From Actinoplanes sp. (GTDB lineage Bacteria; Actinomycetota; Actinomycetes; Mycobacteriales; Micromonosporaceae), in NCBI GenBank assembly GCA_036402935.1, contig DASWRZ010000338.1, forward strand, positions 10,110 to 74,109: a stretch of 64,000 nt of DNA, given 5' to 3'. Positions 29,162-40,036 of the stretch are shown in pieces. The notes under the pieces are model-generated. The model saw nothing but the letters and a program-made list of their open reading frames with translations. It was not told the DNA's origin and did no database searches. Made by a program: the position numbers and the translations under genes. The first letter of the stretch is position 1. Every line of letters begins with the position of its first letter.

Positions 29162-31551
29162 CGACGACGCAGGATGCCAGGATCTCCACCTTCGAGGACA
29201 ACGACCAGAAGCCGCTCGGCCACGGCCGGATGCTGCGCAAGGAAGACCCACGATTCGTACGCGGCCGCGGCCGCTACACCGACGACGTTCAGCTGCCCGG
29301 CATGCTGCACCTGGCCATCCTGCGCTCGCCCTACGCGCACGCCCGCATCGTCAGCGTCGACACCAGCGCCGCCGAGGCCTCGCCCGGCGTCCAGGCGGTC
29401 GTCACCGGCGAGACCCTCAAGGGCCTCGGCCTGGCCTGGATGCCCACGCTCTCCAACGACGTGCAGGCCGTGCTCGCCACCGACAAGGTGCGTTTCCAGG
29501 GCCAGGAGGTCGCCTTCGTGGTGGCCGAGAACCGGTACGCGGCGCGGGACGCGCTCGAGCTCATCGACGTGGAGTACGACGTACTGGATCCGGTGATCGA
29601 CGCCCGCCGGGCGCTGGAACCCGGCGCTCCGGTGATCCGCGACGACCTGGAAGGCAAGGCCGACAACCACTGCTTCGACTGGGAGACCGGCGACAAGGAC
29701 GCGACCGAGGCCGTCTTCGCCCGGGCCGACGTGGTCGTCCAGCAGGACCTCGTCTATCCCCGCGTGCACCCGGCGCCGATGGAGACGTGCGGTGCGGTCG
29801 CCGACTTCGACCCGGTCGAGGGCAAGCTGCGGCTCTGGTCGACCACCCAGGCCCCGCACGCCCACCGCACGCTCTACGCGATCGTGGCCGGCATCCCCGA
29901 GCACAAGATCCAGGTGATCTCGCCCGACATCGGCGGGGGCTTCGGCAACAAGGTGCCGATCTACCCCGGGTACGTCTGCGCGATCGTCGGCTCGATCGTC
30001 ACCGGCAAGCCGGTCAAGTGGATGGAGGACCGTTCGGAAAACCTGATCAGCACCGGTTTCGCGCGGGACTACATCATGCGCGGCGAGATCGCGGCGACGC
30101 GCGACGGCAAGATCCTGGCCATCCGTACGCACGTGCTGGCCGACCACGGCGCGTTCAACGGCACCGCGGCGCCGGTCAAGTACCCGGCCGGCTTCTTCGG
30201 CGTGTTCACCGGCAGCTACGACATCGAGGCCGCGTACTGCAACATGACCGCGGTCTACACCAACAAGGCGCCGGGCGGGGTCGCGTACGCGTGCTCGTTC
30301 CGCATCACCGAGGCCGTCTACCTGGTCGAACGGATCGTCGACTGCCTGGCCGACGAGCTCGCGATGGACCCGGCCGAGCTGCGGCTGAAGAATTTCATCC
30401 AGCCCGAGCAGTTCCCGTACGAGACCAGGACCGGCTGGGTCTACGACTCCGGCAACTACGAGCCCACCATGCGCCTGGCCATGGACATGGCGGGCTATGC
30501 CGACCTGAGGCGGGAGCAGGCCTCGAAACGTGAGCGCGGCGAGCTGATGGGCATCGGCATCTCGTTCTTCACCGAGGCGGTCGGGGCCGGCCCGCGCAAG
30601 CACATGGACATCCTCGGCCTGGGCATGGCCGACGGCTGCGAGCTGCGCGTGCACCCGACCGGCAAGGCGGTCGTCCGGCTTTCCGTGCAGTCGCAGGGCC
30701 AGGGGCACGAGACGACGTTCGCGCAGATCGTGGCCGAGGAGATCGGCATCCCGCCGGACGACATCGAGGTGGTGCACGGCGACACCGACCAGACGCCGTT
30801 CGGCCTCGGCACCTACGGCAGCCGGTCGACCCCGGTCAGCGGCGCCGCGGCCGCGCTGGTCGCCCGCAAGGTCCGCGACAAGGCCCGGCTGATCGCGTCC
30901 GGCATGCTCGAGGTCGCGCCCGACGACCTGGCGTGGGAGAAGGGCTCGTTCCACGTGGCCGGCGACCCCGGCCGCTCGGTGACCATCCAGGACATCGCGA
31001 TGAAGGCTCACGGCGCCGGCGACCTCCCCGATGGCGTCGAGGGCGGCCTCGAGGCGCAGATCGTCTACAACCCGCCCAACCTCACCTACCCGCACGGCGC
31101 CTACATCTGCGTGGTCGACGTCGACCCGGGCACCGCGGCGGTCAAGGTCCGGCGGTTCATCGCGGTCGACGACTGCGGCACCCGGATCAACCCGATGATC
31201 ATCGAGGGCCAGGTGCACGGCGGGCTCACCGACGGCGTCGGGATGGCGCTGATGGAGATGATCGCCTTCGACGAGGACGGCAACTGCCTCGGCGCCTCGC
31301 TCATGGACTACCTCATCCCGACCGCGCTCGAGGTGCCCGACTGGGAGACCGGCTTCACGGTCACCCCGTCGCCGCACCACCCGATCGGGGCCAAGGGCGT
31401 GGGGGAGTCGGCCACGGTCGGCTCGCCGCCGGCCATCGTCAACGCGGTGGTCGACGCCCTCAAGCCGTTCGGCGTACGGCACGCCGACATGCCGCTCACC
31501 CCGTCCCGGGTCTGGGACGCCATGCAGGGCCGGGCGAACCCGCCCGTTTAG
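29158..31551 (+). CDS. coxL: Aerobic CO dehydrogenase large subunit, form I
   Basis: Active-site VAYACSFR (form I AYxCSFR), [22 protein letters not shown]. Confidence 0.97.
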   Translation: MTTTQDARISTFEDNDQKPLGHGRMLRKEDPRFVRGRGRYTDDVQLPGMLHLAILRSPYAHARIVSVDTSAAEASPGVQAVVTGETLKGLGLAWMPTLSNDVQAVLATDKVRFQGQEVAFVVAENRYAARDALELIDVEYDVLDPVIDARRALEPGAPVIRDDLEGKADNHCFDWETGDKDATEAVFARADVVVQQDLVYPRVHPAPMETCGAVADFDPVEGKLRLWSTTQAPHAHRTLYAIVAGIPEHKIQVISPDIGGGFGNKVPIYPGYVCAIVGSIVTGKPVKWMEDRSENLISTGFARDYIMRGEIAATRDGKILAIRTHVLADHGAFNGTAAPVKYPAGFFGVFTGSYDIEAAYCNMTAVYTNKAPGGVAYACSFRITEAVYLVERIVDCLADELAMDPAELRLKNFIQPEQFPYETRTGWVYDSGNYEPTMRLAMDMAGYADLRREQASKRERGELMGIGISFFTEAVGAGPRKHMDILGLGMADGCELRVHPTGKAVVRLSVQSQGQGHETTFAQIVAEEIGIPPDDIEVVHGDTDQTPFGLGTYGSRSTPVSGAAAALVARKVRDKARLIASGMLEVAPDDLAWEKGSFHVAGDPGRSVTIQDIAMKAHGAGDLPDGVEGGLEAQIVYNPPNLTYPHGAYICVVDVDPGTAAVKVRRFIAVDDCGTRINPMIIEGQVHGGLTDGVGMALMEMIAFDEDGNCLGASLMDYLIPTALEVPDWETGFTVTPSPHHPIGAKGVGESATVGSPPAIVNAVVDALKPFGVRHADMPLTPSRVWDAMQGRANPPV

Positions 31552-31569
31552 GGCTGTGAGGAGTTCCGC

Positions 31570-32418
31570 ATGAGCACCACCGCCGATCGCATCCAGGAGC
31601 TGACCGCCTCCCGAAAGCCCTTCGTCCACGCCACCGTCGTCCGGGCCCAGGAACCCACCTCGGCCCGGCCCGGCGACGACGCCGTCATCCTGACCGACGG
31701 CTCGATCGAGGGCTTCGTCGGCGGCGTGTGCGCGGAGAGCTCGGTCCGGGCCGCTTCCCTCGACACCCTGACTTCCGGCGACTCCCTGCTGCTGCGCGTG
31801 CTCCCCGAATCGTCGTCCGAGTTCCCGTCGGCGCCCGGGGCGCTGGTGGTGGTCAACCCCTGCCACTCCGGAGGGGCGCTGGAGATCTTCCTGCGGCCGG
31901 TGCTGCCGAAGCCGCTGTTCGGCGTGGTCGGGCGGACGCCGATCGCCCGCGCGGTCGCCGACCTGGCCCGCTACCTCGAGTTCGAGGTGGTCTCGGACGG
32001 CGACTACGCGGGAGCGGCCGCGGTGGTGGTGGCCGGGCTCGGACGCGACGAGGAGGCCGCCCTGCGGGGCGCGCTCGACGCCCGGGTCGGCTACCTCGCG
32101 CTGGTGGCCAGCCGCAAGCGGGGCGCGGTGGTGCTCGACGGCATGGAGCTGACCGGCGAGGAGCGGGCGAGGATTCACACCCCGGCGGGCATCGACATCG
32201 GGGCGCGTACGCCGCCGGAGATCGCACTGTCGATCCTGGCCGAAGTGATCCGGGACCGCCGGACCGAAGGTCGGGCGGTCCTGACCGAGACGATGCCACG
32301 GCAGGCGGTCGACCCGATGTGCGGGATGACCGTCGTGATCGGGCCGGACACGCCACACGCCGGTGACCAGTGGTTCTGCTGCCAGGGCTGCCTCGACACC
32401 TTCCTCGCGGCGGCGTGA
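31570..32418 (+). CDS. XdhC/CoxF family accessory protein with C-terminal YHS-like motif
   Basis: GFVGGVCAE, NPCHSGG, TPAGIDIGARTPPEIALSI, DPMCGM..FCCQGC. Confidence 0.85.
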   Translation: MSTTADRIQELTASRKPFVHATVVRAQEPTSARPGDDAVILTDGSIEGFVGGVCAESSVRAASLDTLTSGDSLLLRVLPESSSEFPSAPGALVVVNPCHSGGALEIFLRPVLPKPLFGVVGRTPIARAVADLARYLEFEVVSDGDYAGAAAVVVAGLGRDEEAALRGALDARVGYLALVASRKRGAVVLDGMELTGEERARIHTPAGIDIGARTPPEIALSILAEVIRDRRTEGRAVLTETMPRQAVDPMCGMTVVIGPDTPHAGDQWFCCQGCLDTFLAAA

Positions 32419-32978
32419 TGGCGGTCTCCGGGCTGGTTCTCGCGGCGGGCGGCTCGCTTCGTCTCGGCGAGGCCAAGCAGTTGCTGCCCTATCGCGGGCG
32501 CACCCTGCTCGACGCCACCCTCTCCGTCGCCCGCGCGTGCGGCTTCGCCGAACTGTTCGTCGCCCTCGGCGGCTCGGCGGCGCAGGTCCGCGCGACGGTC
32601 GACCTCAGCGGTTGCACGGTCGTCGACAACCCGGACTTCTCGACCGGGTGCGGCTCATCGATCCGTACGGCCATCTCGCACGTCACGGCCGACGCGGTCG
32701 TGTTGCTGCTCGGCGACCAGCCGGGTGTTTCCCCGCGCGACGTGCTGCGGGTCTCGGCCGTGCCCACCCCGCTCGGGGTCTGCGCGTATCACGACGGTCT
32801 CGGACACCCCTTCCTCTTCCGGCGGCCGGTGTTCGGGGAAATGTCGCAGCTGCACGGCGACAAGGCGGTGTGGAAACTGCTGCACTCGGGGCGTTATCCG
32901 GTGACCGAGGTGCCGGTCGACGGGCCGGTACCGATCGATGTGGACACGTGGGCCGACTACGAGCGGCTGCTCTCGTGA
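32418..32978 (+). CDS. Molybdenum cofactor cytidylyltransferase (MocA-like)
   Basis: LVLAAGGSLRLGEAKQLL, LLGDQP, GHP, IDVDTWADY. Confidence 0.88.
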   Translation: MAVSGLVLAAGGSLRLGEAKQLLPYRGRTLLDATLSVARACGFAELFVALGGSAAQVRATVDLSGCTVVDNPDFSTGCGSSIRTAISHVTADAVVLLLGDQPGVSPRDVLRVSAVPTPLGVCAYHDGLGHPFLFRRPVFGEMSQLHGDKAVWKLLHSGRYPVTEVPVDGPVPIDVDTWADYERLLS

Positions 32979-33838
32979 TCGAGTCACCGGCCGACGTCCG
33001 CTCGGCGCTCGACGCCGCGGACTACCTCGTCGACGACGGCCTCGCGATGGCCGTCTTTCTCGCGTTGCGGTTGGGGAAGCCGCTGCTGCTCGAAGGTGAG
33101 CCCGGCGTCGGCAAGACCGCGGCCGCCAAGGCGCTGGCCGCCGCACTCGACACGCCGCTCATCCGGCTGCAGTGCTATGAGGGCCTGACCCCGGGCGAGG
33201 CGCTCTACGAGTGGAACTACCAGCGCCAGCTGCTCGCGATCCGGCTCGCCGAGGCCCGGAACGAGAAGCTCGACGACGCCGACCTGTTCACCGCCTCGTT
33301 TCTTCAGGACCGGCCGATCCTTCGCGCCGTGCGTCATACCGGTCCGACCCCGCCCGTCCTGCTCATCGACGAGATCGACCGGGCCGACGACGAGTTCGAG
33401 GCGCTGCTGTTCGAGTTCCTCGGCGAGGCCTCGGTCACGGTGCCTGAGCTGGGCACCTTCACCGCGATCACCCCGCCGGTCGTGGTGCTCACCTCCAACC
33501 GCAGCCGCGACCTGCACGACGCCCTGCGCCGCCGGTGCCTGTACCACTGGATCGAGTTCCCGGCCCCGGCGCGGGCCGTGGAGATCGTCCGGCGGGCCGT
33601 CCCGGGCGCGACCGGGCCGCTGATCCGCAGCGCGACCGAGCTGGTCGGGCGCTTCCGGCAGCTCGATCTCGACAAGTCGCCCGGCCTCGCCGAGACGATC
33701 GACTGGGTGTCGGCGCTGGCCGCGCTCGGCGCCACCGACCTCGCTCCCGGCGACGCGCTGCGCACCCTCGGCGCCATCGCCAAGACCCCCGACGACCGGC
33801 GCACGATCGCCGAAGCCGTACCCCAGGAGGCGCCATGA
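32975..33838 (+). CDS. coxD: MoxR-type AAA+ ATPase
   Basis: LLEGEPGVGKT, LQCYEG, LLIDEIDRAD, TSNRSRDLHDALRRRC. Confidence 0.92.
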   Translation: MIESPADVRSALDAADYLVDDGLAMAVFLALRLGKPLLLEGEPGVGKTAAAKALAAALDTPLIRLQCYEGLTPGEALYEWNYQRQLLAIRLAEARNEKLDDADLFTASFLQDRPILRAVRHTGPTPPVLLIDEIDRADDEFEALLFEFLGEASVTVPELGTFTAITPPVVVLTSNRSRDLHDALRRRCLYHWIEFPAPARAVEIVRRAVPGATGPLIRSATELVGRFRQLDLDKSPGLAETIDWVSALAALGATDLAPGDALRTLGAIAKTPDDRRTIAEAVPQEAP

Positions 33839-34848
33839 AGATCACCAACGAGTTCACCGTGCACACCCCGATCGAAGCGGCCTGGAAACTCCTCACCGAC
33901 CTCGAGGCGATCGCCCCGTGCATGCCCGGTGCCGTCCTGACCGGCGTCGAGGACGACACCTACAAGGGCAAGGTGAAGATCAAGGTCGGCCCGGTGATCT
34001 CCGAGTTCGCCGGCACGGCCCGCTTCCTGGAGAGGTCCGACGCCGACCACCGCGCGTCGATCGACGCCAAGGGCCGCGACGCCCGCTCGGCCGGCAACGC
34101 TTCGGCCGTGGTGACGGCGGTCCTGCGCCCCTCCGGCGACAGCACCACGGTGAGCGTGGACACCGACCTGAAAATCTCCGGCAAGCTGGCCCAGTTCGGC
34201 AGCGGCATGATCAAGGAGGTGTCGAGCAAGCTCCTGGCCCAGTTCGTCACCAACCTGGAGGCGAAGCTGGCCGCCGACACGGTCACCCCCGACGGGCCCG
34301 CTTCCGACGCCGCTCCGGCCGCTTCCGACGCCGCTCCGGCCGCTTCCAGCGCTGCTGCTCCGGCCGCTTCCGGCGCTGCTGCTCCGGCCGCTTCCGATGC
34401 TGGTCCGGTCGTTTCCGAGGCCGCCGTGCCTGCTCAGTCCGAGCCGGCCGTCGCTCCCTCAGCGGCCGCCGTGGAAACCGTTCCCGACACCGCCGTCTCC
34501 TCGCCCCCGCTCAACGGCGCCACTTCAGCGTCATCGCGGGCCGCGTCCCGTTTCCCGGCCGTTCCGGCGCCGTCGGGCTCGGCCGGCTCCTCCGCCACCG
34601 CCCCGTTGCCCGCTTCTCAGGCCGGGTCGTCCGATCCGGATGAGCTGGCGGTTTCGCCCGCGCCGCGCGCGGCCCCGGCCTCCGGCTCGACGGCCGCCAC
34701 CCGTTCGCGGGCCCTGACCGCCGAGGAGCCCGAGCCGATCGACCTGCTGAGCGTCGCCGGAAGCTCGGTCTACAAGCGACTGATCCCGGTCGCCGTCGTC
34801 GTAGTCGTCATCGGCGCCGTGATCGCCTGGCTCGTCGGCCGCCGCTGA
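33835..34848 (+). CDS. coxG: SRPBCC membrane-anchoring protein with long Ala/Pro/Ser linker
   Basis: IAPCMPGA, KVGPV, GKLAQFGSGMI; C-terminal TM helix. Confidence 0.9.
   Translation: MKITNEFTVHTPIEAAWKLLTDLEAIAPCMPGAVLTGVEDDTYKGKVKIKVGPVISEFAGTARFLERSDADHRASIDAKGRDARSAGNASAVVTAVLRPSGDSTTVSVDTDLKISGKLAQFGSGMIKEVSSKLLAQFVTNLEAKLAADTVTPDGPASDAAPAASDAAPAASSAAAPAASGAAAPAASDAGPVVSEAAVPAQSEPAVAPSAAAVETVPDTAVSSPPLNGATSASSRAASRFPAVPAPSGSAGSSATAPLPASQAGSSDPDELAVSPAPRAAPASGSTAATRSRALTAEEPEPIDLLSVAGSSVYKRLIPVAVVVVVIGAVIAWLVGRR
34300..34410 (+). repeat. 21/24-bp tandem repeat in coxG linker
   Basis: GCTTCCGACGCCGCTCCGGCC-like units x5 (ASDAAPA). Confidence 0.8.
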
Positions 34849-34859
34849 GCTGTCCGCCC

Positions 34860-34973
34860 CGACCGTGGCCCGGCTTCGACCGGCCGTGGCCCGGCTTCGA
34901 CCGACCCGGGCCTGCTTCGACCGACCCTGGCCCTGCTTCGACCGACCCTGGCCCCGCTTCGACCGACCCTGGC
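34860..34973. repeat. ~21-bp intergenic tandem repeat x~5.5 after coxG
   Basis: GACCCTGGCCCYGCTTCGACC-like units. Confidence 0.85.
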
Positions 34974-35050
34974 TCGGCCCCGGCCCCGGCCGCTCGGGGC
35001 CACCCCCGGTTTCGATTCTGGCGGAAAAATGAAGATCGTGGGGGACGCCT

Positions 35051-36295
35051 GTGGATAACCCGGTGCCGGTGGTCTTCCGTGGCATCGACCGCGCGGCGTT
35101 CGCCGTGTCGTTCATCGCGCGGTTGCGCAGAGCGGGCCTGCAAGCCGGCCTCACCGAGACCGGCGACCTCGTCGGCGCCCTGGAAGCATGCTCGCTCGAC
35201 AGCCCCGAAGCCGTCTACTGGGCACTCCGTGTAGCCACCGTCCGCCGGCAGCCCGATCTCGCCGCCTTCGACCGGGTCTTCGCGGCGATCTTCACCGATG
35301 CCCCGCAGCTCCCGTTCAACCGGGCCACCGAGCCGCCCGGCAACCGCCGCGACGACGTGCACGTGCCGGTGCGGGCCGACACCGAACGGGCGGCCGACGG
35401 CGGCGGGCTGCCGTGGGCGACCCGGCCGACGCCGGTGGCGGCCGGGGCCGAGGCGGCCGACGGCCCGGCGGTGCCTCTTCTGCGGCCGAGCGCCCTGGCC
35501 ACGCTGGCCGAGCGACCGTTCGACGACCTCGACGCGGCGCAGATCGAGCAGCTCGGCGCGGCCCTGCGCGAGGAGCTCACCCGCTGGCCGACCCGGCGGA
35601 CCCGCCGGCACGAGACCGATCCGGCCGGGCGGCGGGTTGCGCTGCGGGCGACGGTTGCGCTTTCCCGGCGTACGGCGTGGGAGCCGGTCGAAATCGCTCG
35701 ACAGCGACCCGTCCGGCGTCCGCGCCGGGTCGTGCTGCTCTGTGACGTCAGCGGCTCGATGCAGGCTCAGGCGGCCGCCTACCTGCATCTGATGCGAGCC
35801 TTCACCACCGTGGCCGACGCCGAGGCGTTCGCGTTCGCCACCGGGCTGACCCGGCTCACCCCGGCCCTGCGGCACACCTCGCCCCGGCAGGCGATCGCCC
35901 AGGCCACCGCGGCGGTGACCGACCGCTTCGGCGGCACCCGCATCGCCGCCAACCTCAACGCGCTGCTGGACTCCCACCACGGCAACACGCTGCGCGGGGC
36001 TCTCGTCATCGTCGCCTCCGACGGCTGGGACAGCGAACCGCCCGCCCGGCTGGCGGCGTCGATGGCCCGGCTGCGCCGCCGCGCGTACCGGATCCTGTGG
36101 CTCAATCCCCGCGCCGGCGCACCCGGCTTCGCCCCGCGGGTGGCGGCCATGGCCGCCGCCCTGCCGTTCTGCGACGCCATGCTCCCCGCCGCGACCTTCG
36201 CCGACCTCGCCGCCGCCGCCCGCCACCTGCGCGGCGGCACCCCGGGCCGGACCACTGCGGCCGGCATCCGAGGGCTTGTCAGATCCGGCCGCTAG
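35051..36295 (+). CDS. coxE: VWA domain CODH accessory protein
   Basis: MIDAS LCDVSGSM, GGTRIA, IVASDGWD, LWLNPR. Confidence 0.9.
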   Translation: MDNPVPVVFRGIDRAAFAVSFIARLRRAGLQAGLTETGDLVGALEACSLDSPEAVYWALRVATVRRQPDLAAFDRVFAAIFTDAPQLPFNRATEPPGNRRDDVHVPVRADTERAADGGGLPWATRPTPVAAGAEAADGPAVPLLRPSALATLAERPFDDLDAAQIEQLGAALREELTRWPTRRTRRHETDPAGRRVALRATVALSRRTAWEPVEIARQRPVRRPRRVVLLCDVSGSMQAQAAAYLHLMRAFTTVADAEAFAFATGLTRLTPALRHTSPRQAIAQATAAVTDRFGGTRIAANLNALLDSHHGNTLRGALVIVASDGWDSEPPARLAASMARLRRRAYRILWLNPRAGAPGFAPRVAAMAAALPFCDAMLPAATFADLAAAARHLRGGTPGRTTAAGIRGLVRSGR

Positions 36296-36453
36296 ACCGT
36301 CGGCGCCGGCTCCGCTTCGAGGGTGTCCAGCGAGTCGACGGACCGGCGGCCGGTGGTCAGCCGGTCGAGCACGGCGTCGGCGTGGGGCAGCAGGGCCCGG
36401 CCAGGCCGGACATTCGCTGGTCGTGTGCCGGGGAGCGGCCTAGCGTTGGCCGC

Positions 36454-37197
36454 ATGACTGATCTCGCAGTGCTGGGCACCGGACGCATGGGCAGTGCTAT
36501 CGCCGCTCGGCTGGTCGCGACCGGGCACAACGTCACGGTCTGGAACCGCGATCCGGCGAAGGCCGCCATACCGGGCACCAAGCGCGAACCGACCCCGGCC
36601 GCGGCGGCCGCCGGCGTGGAGCTGGTGATCACGATGCTGACCGACGGCCCGGCGGTCCGGGAGACGATCGACGCGGCACATCTCGACAGCGCGACGACGG
36701 TCGTCCAGATGTCGACCATCGGGCCGGCGGAAACGGCGGCTATCAAAGGGGTGTCCCTGGTGGACGCCCCGGTCGCCGGCAGCGTCGACGCGGCCCGGGC
36801 CGGCACCCTGATCATCTTCGTCAGCGGGCCGCCGGAGGTGATCGAAAAGGCCGAACCGGTTCTGAACGACCTCGGCACGATCAAGCGGGTGTCCGACGGC
36901 AGCGCCGCGAAGCTGGTCGTGAACACGGCGATGGTCACGGCCCTCGCCGCACTCCACGACACCCTGGCCGTGGCGAAGGCGCTCGGCGTCGACGAGGACT
37001 TGCTGCGTGATGGCCCACTGGGCCCGGCTCTGAAGAGGGCCGCCAGCACGACCGCCGACTTCCCGATCGCGCTGGCGGCCAAGGATCTCCGCCTGGCCGG
37101 GCCGGGGACCCCGGTCGTCGAGGCCGCGTTGCGCCTGCTCGAAGCGGCACCCGACCAGACCGCCGATGTAGCGGAAATGACGAGGGAGCCCGAGTAG
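36454..37197 (+). CDS. NAD(P)-dependent oxidoreductase (3-hydroxyisobutyrate dehydrogenase family)
   Basis: VLGTGRMG, VWNR, MSTIGP, VDAPVAGS, AKLVVN; TAGCGT 7 nt before ATG. Confidence 0.85.
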   Translation: MTDLAVLGTGRMGSAIAARLVATGHNVTVWNRDPAKAAIPGTKREPTPAAAAAGVELVITMLTDGPAVRETIDAAHLDSATTVVQMSTIGPAETAAIKGVSLVDAPVAGSVDAARAGTLIIFVSGPPEVIEKAEPVLNDLGTIKRVSDGSAAKLVVNTAMVTALAALHDTLAVAKALGVDEDLLRDGPLGPALKRAASTTADFPIALAAKDLRLAGPGTPVVEAALRLLEAAPDQTADVAEMTREPE

Positions 37198-37230
37198 AAC
37201 TCAGCCCGCACCACCGTGCGGGTCAGCGGT

Positions 37231-38118
37231 TCAGGTCACCGACGCGTTGTAGATCGCGGTGGTCGCGGCGGCCAGCGTGCGGTCGAATTCGGCGGTGGAC
37301 TGGTCGCGGCGCAGGTCCTGCACCAGCGCGCGGGAGAAGCTCGCGATCAGCCCGTGGTTGCGGGCCAGCCGGGCGTCGGCCTCCTCCTGGCTGTAGCCGC
37401 CGGAGAGCGCGACGACCCGCAGAACCGACGGATGGTCGATCAGGTCGGCGTAGAAGTCGTCGACCGTCGGGATGGAGAGCTTGAGCATCACCGAAGATCC
37501 GCCCGGTACCCGCGTGAGGCGGTCGAGGATGCCCTGTTTCAGCAGCTCCTCGGCCTTCTCCTTGTCCGCGCTGCGGATGTCGACCTCGGGTTCGAGAATG
37601 GGCACCAGCCCGGCGTCGAGGATCTGTGCGGCGTACCGGAACTGCTGATCGAGGATGGCGGCGACGCCGTCGGCGTCGGCGTGGCTGATGAACGACCGCA
37701 TCTTGGTGCCGAAGACCCGGCGCTCGGCCGCCCGCTCGAGCAGGGGCTCGAGCCGGGTGAAGGGTTTCATCAGGCGTACGCCGCCGGACTCCTCGGCGAG
37801 TCCCTCGTCGACCTTGACGAACGGGACGATGTTCTTGCGGTCCCACAGGTATCGCGGGGCGGGCACCCCGTCGATGTCGCGGACCATGGTCTGCTCGAAC
37901 AGGATCGCGCCGAGGATCCGGTCGCCCGTGAACGCCGGTGACGTGATGATGCGTTCCCGGAACGCGTGCATGAGGTCGAACATCTCGTCGTCGCCGTGGT
38001 AGTCCGACGGGGGCACGCCGTACAGCTCGAGCGCCTTGGGGGTGCTGCCCCCGCTCTGGTCCAGCGCTGCGAAGAAGCCGGCTCCGTGCGCGATCTTCGA
38101 AAGCTGTTGCTGATCCAT
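37231..38118 (-). CDS. Class I fructose-bisphosphate aldolase
   Basis: GFFAALDQSGGSTPKAL, GAILFE, VKVDEG, FGTKMRS, PILEPEV, ALSGGY, IASFSRAL. Confidence 0.93.
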   Translation of the reverse strand: MDQQQLSKIAHGAGFFAALDQSGGSTPKALELYGVPPSDYHGDDEMFDLMHAFRERIITSPAFTGDRILGAILFEQTMVRDIDGVPAPRYLWDRKNIVPFVKVDEGLAEESGGVRLMKPFTRLEPLLERAAERRVFGTKMRSFISHADADGVAAILDQQFRYAAQILDAGLVPILEPEVDIRSADKEKAEELLKQGILDRLTRVPGGSSVMLKLSIPTVDDFYADLIDHPSVLRVVALSGGYSQEEADARLARNHGLIASFSRALVQDLRRDQSTAEFDRTLAAATTAIYNASVT

Positions 38119-38289
38119 GACCCCATCCTGACACCGCCGCCCCCCGGCCGGCACGATGATCCGGAATCGCTGGGCCGATCCGGTGGGGACGGCGGCCGTA
38201 CCGTCCGATAGGGATCAGGCGAGCCGTCGGTGAACTTCGCTCACATGGGCGACATTCAAGGCGCGCGATCTGACGTACGGTGACCATCG

Positions 38290-38631
38290 ATGAGCACCGA
38301 GAAACAAGAGCAGCGGGACGGCGCCCTGACCCACGCGGCGGAGGCGGTCGCCTACGTGCAGCGCCTCACGCTGCCTCCGGCCGACTGGGACGAGGTGGCC
38401 GGCTTCCTGCGCCGCATGCAGCACGCCCTCGACCGCGATGACCTCGACGAGCTCCGCCGCCAGCGCGACCTCCTGGAGAAGCTCGTATCGAGCTCCCGTC
38501 AGGTCGCCCGGGCCCGGCTCGACCCCGGCAAGGTCGAGCCGCCGCCGCTTTTGCGCAGCGCGGAGGAAAATCTGAGCCGGAAGATCGAGGCGGCCCGGAC
38601 GGCGAAGGGCGACGCCGGGAAGGACCGATGA
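38290..38631 (+). CDS. CATRA system-associated small protein (CATASP-like)
   Basis: Small helical protein with LxxxxWxEV...ALxxxD...PPP pattern, ATGA-coupled to next gene (recognised from memory of the family). Confidence 0.65.
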   Translation: MSTEKQEQRDGALTHAAEAVAYVQRLTLPPADWDEVAGFLRRMQHALDRDDLDELRRQRDLLEKLVSSSRQVARARLDPGKVEPPPLLRSAEENLSRKIEAARTAKGDAGKDR

Positions 38632-40016
38632 CACTGCTCGCGCCCGCCCTGCACGTCCACACCTACCTCGACCCGGCTCATCACCACGAGACGATGACGG
38701 CGCTGGAGAAGAAATGCCTGGCTCTCGGGATGACGAGCCTGTCCGAGGACGCGTCGGTCCGCCCGGGCGGACCCTGGCCGCGATGGCTGCGCTCGTCGCC
38801 GGCCGCGGACCGTGTTTACCAGGCCTTGCGATACGACAACGCGCGCCTCTCCGCGGTGCTGGTCTGCCTCGCTCCGGCCGGGGCCGACGCCGGCTGGGCC
38901 GATCTGGATCGGGAGTGGCCGGACGCCGGGGGTGACGGCTACGTCGGACGGGTCCGGCTCTTCTACGCCCTGTACGAGGGTGACGGTGACGAGGCCCGGC
39001 TGGCGAAGGAGGTCCGGACCGCCCTTCCCGGCGTGCCCGCCCTGGTGCTGTCCGCCCTGGTCAGTGCCGTTGACGGCATCTTCCTGTGGGAGACGGCGAA
39101 CAGTCCCGCCGACCGGGCCGATCGCGTGCTGGTGCTGCTCGCCCCCGCGAGCGCCGAGGCGGCGGCGGACGCGCTGCTGTGGCCGTCGGGCAACGCGGTC
39201 CTTCCGCCGTTACCCGGCTATCTGTGGCAGATGGCGATCGTGCGGCACGAGGCGCGGCGCTTTGCCGAACGCCGGGCCGTCTCACCGCCGGGCGCCCTGC
39301 ACGACCTGGCGGCCAGGTTCGAGGCGGCGGAGCGGGCCGGGTTCCCCAGCGCCGGCGAGCGCGATCGGCTGCTGGACACGCTTCAGCGCCGGACCGCCCT
39401 GGCGGCGGCCGGGGAGGCCGTTCTGCGCACGGTTCGCCGGACGATCGACGCCGCCGCGGCCAATGCCGGGAGCTTCATGACGCTGTCGGCCGCCGACCGC
39501 GACTACACGACGTGGCTGCTGACCGAGGTGGACGACGCGATCGGCGGTCAGCACGACGCCGTCGCGTACGCCGAACCGCTGGCCCGTGTCGGGCTGGCCG
39601 AGACCGAGAAGCGGCTGCGTGATCTCGGCGCTCGCAGCGAATGGCTCACCCTGCTGCAGACCTCGGTGATCGCGGCGGCCGGCCTGGCCCTCGCCGCTTC
39701 GCAGACGCTCAACTACGACTGGCCGACCTACCGGTCGCTGGAGACCCCGTTCATCGTCGCCGTGACCCTGCTCGGGCTCGCTCTCCCGCTGGGCACAGCG
39801 GCGCTGAGCCCGCTCGCCCGCCGGCGCCTGGTGGTCGCGGCGGCGATCGCGGCCGCCGGGCTCGGTGCCGCCCTGGGCTGGCTCGCGTGCACCTGGCTGG
39901 CCCGTGCCCACTCGCGGCCACCCGGCCACGAAAAGACTCTCCCGGCGGCCGCCGTGCTGGCCGCGATCGCCGTCGCCGTGGGCTGGGGCCTGCGGAAACG
40001 GCGCGACCACAACTGA
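38628..40016 (+). CDS. CATRA-like conflict system protein with C-terminal 3-4 TM helices
   Basis: LWE..R.LVLLAP..E...DALLW....LPPL.GYL...IVRHEAR, coiled region, then LLQTSVIAAAGLALAA and further hydrophobic helices. Confidence 0.65.
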   Translation: MTLLAPALHVHTYLDPAHHHETMTALEKKCLALGMTSLSEDASVRPGGPWPRWLRSSPAADRVYQALRYDNARLSAVLVCLAPAGADAGWADLDREWPDAGGDGYVGRVRLFYALYEGDGDEARLAKEVRTALPGVPALVLSALVSAVDGIFLWETANSPADRADRVLVLLAPASAEAAADALLWPSGNAVLPPLPGYLWQMAIVRHEARRFAERRAVSPPGALHDLAARFEAAERAGFPSAGERDRLLDTLQRRTALAAAGEAVLRTVRRTIDAAAANAGSFMTLSAADRDYTTWLLTEVDDAIGGQHDAVAYAEPLARVGLAETEKRLRDLGARSEWLTLLQTSVIAAAGLALAASQTLNYDWPTYRSLETPFIVAVTLLGLALPLGTAALSPLARRRLVVAAAIAAAGLGAALGWLACTWLARAHSRPPGHEKTLPAAAVLAAIAVAVGWGLRKRRDHN

Positions 40017-40036
40017 TCAGGAGGAGGTCCATCGTC

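Noticed and set aside
34860-34973. Possible CRISPR array or ncRNA
   Set aside because: Simple degenerate tandem repeat without spacers or a recognisable RNA family
37231-38118. Aldolase next to cox genes as evidence of Calvin-cycle autotrophy
   Set aside because: No RuBisCO or phosphoribulokinase in the window
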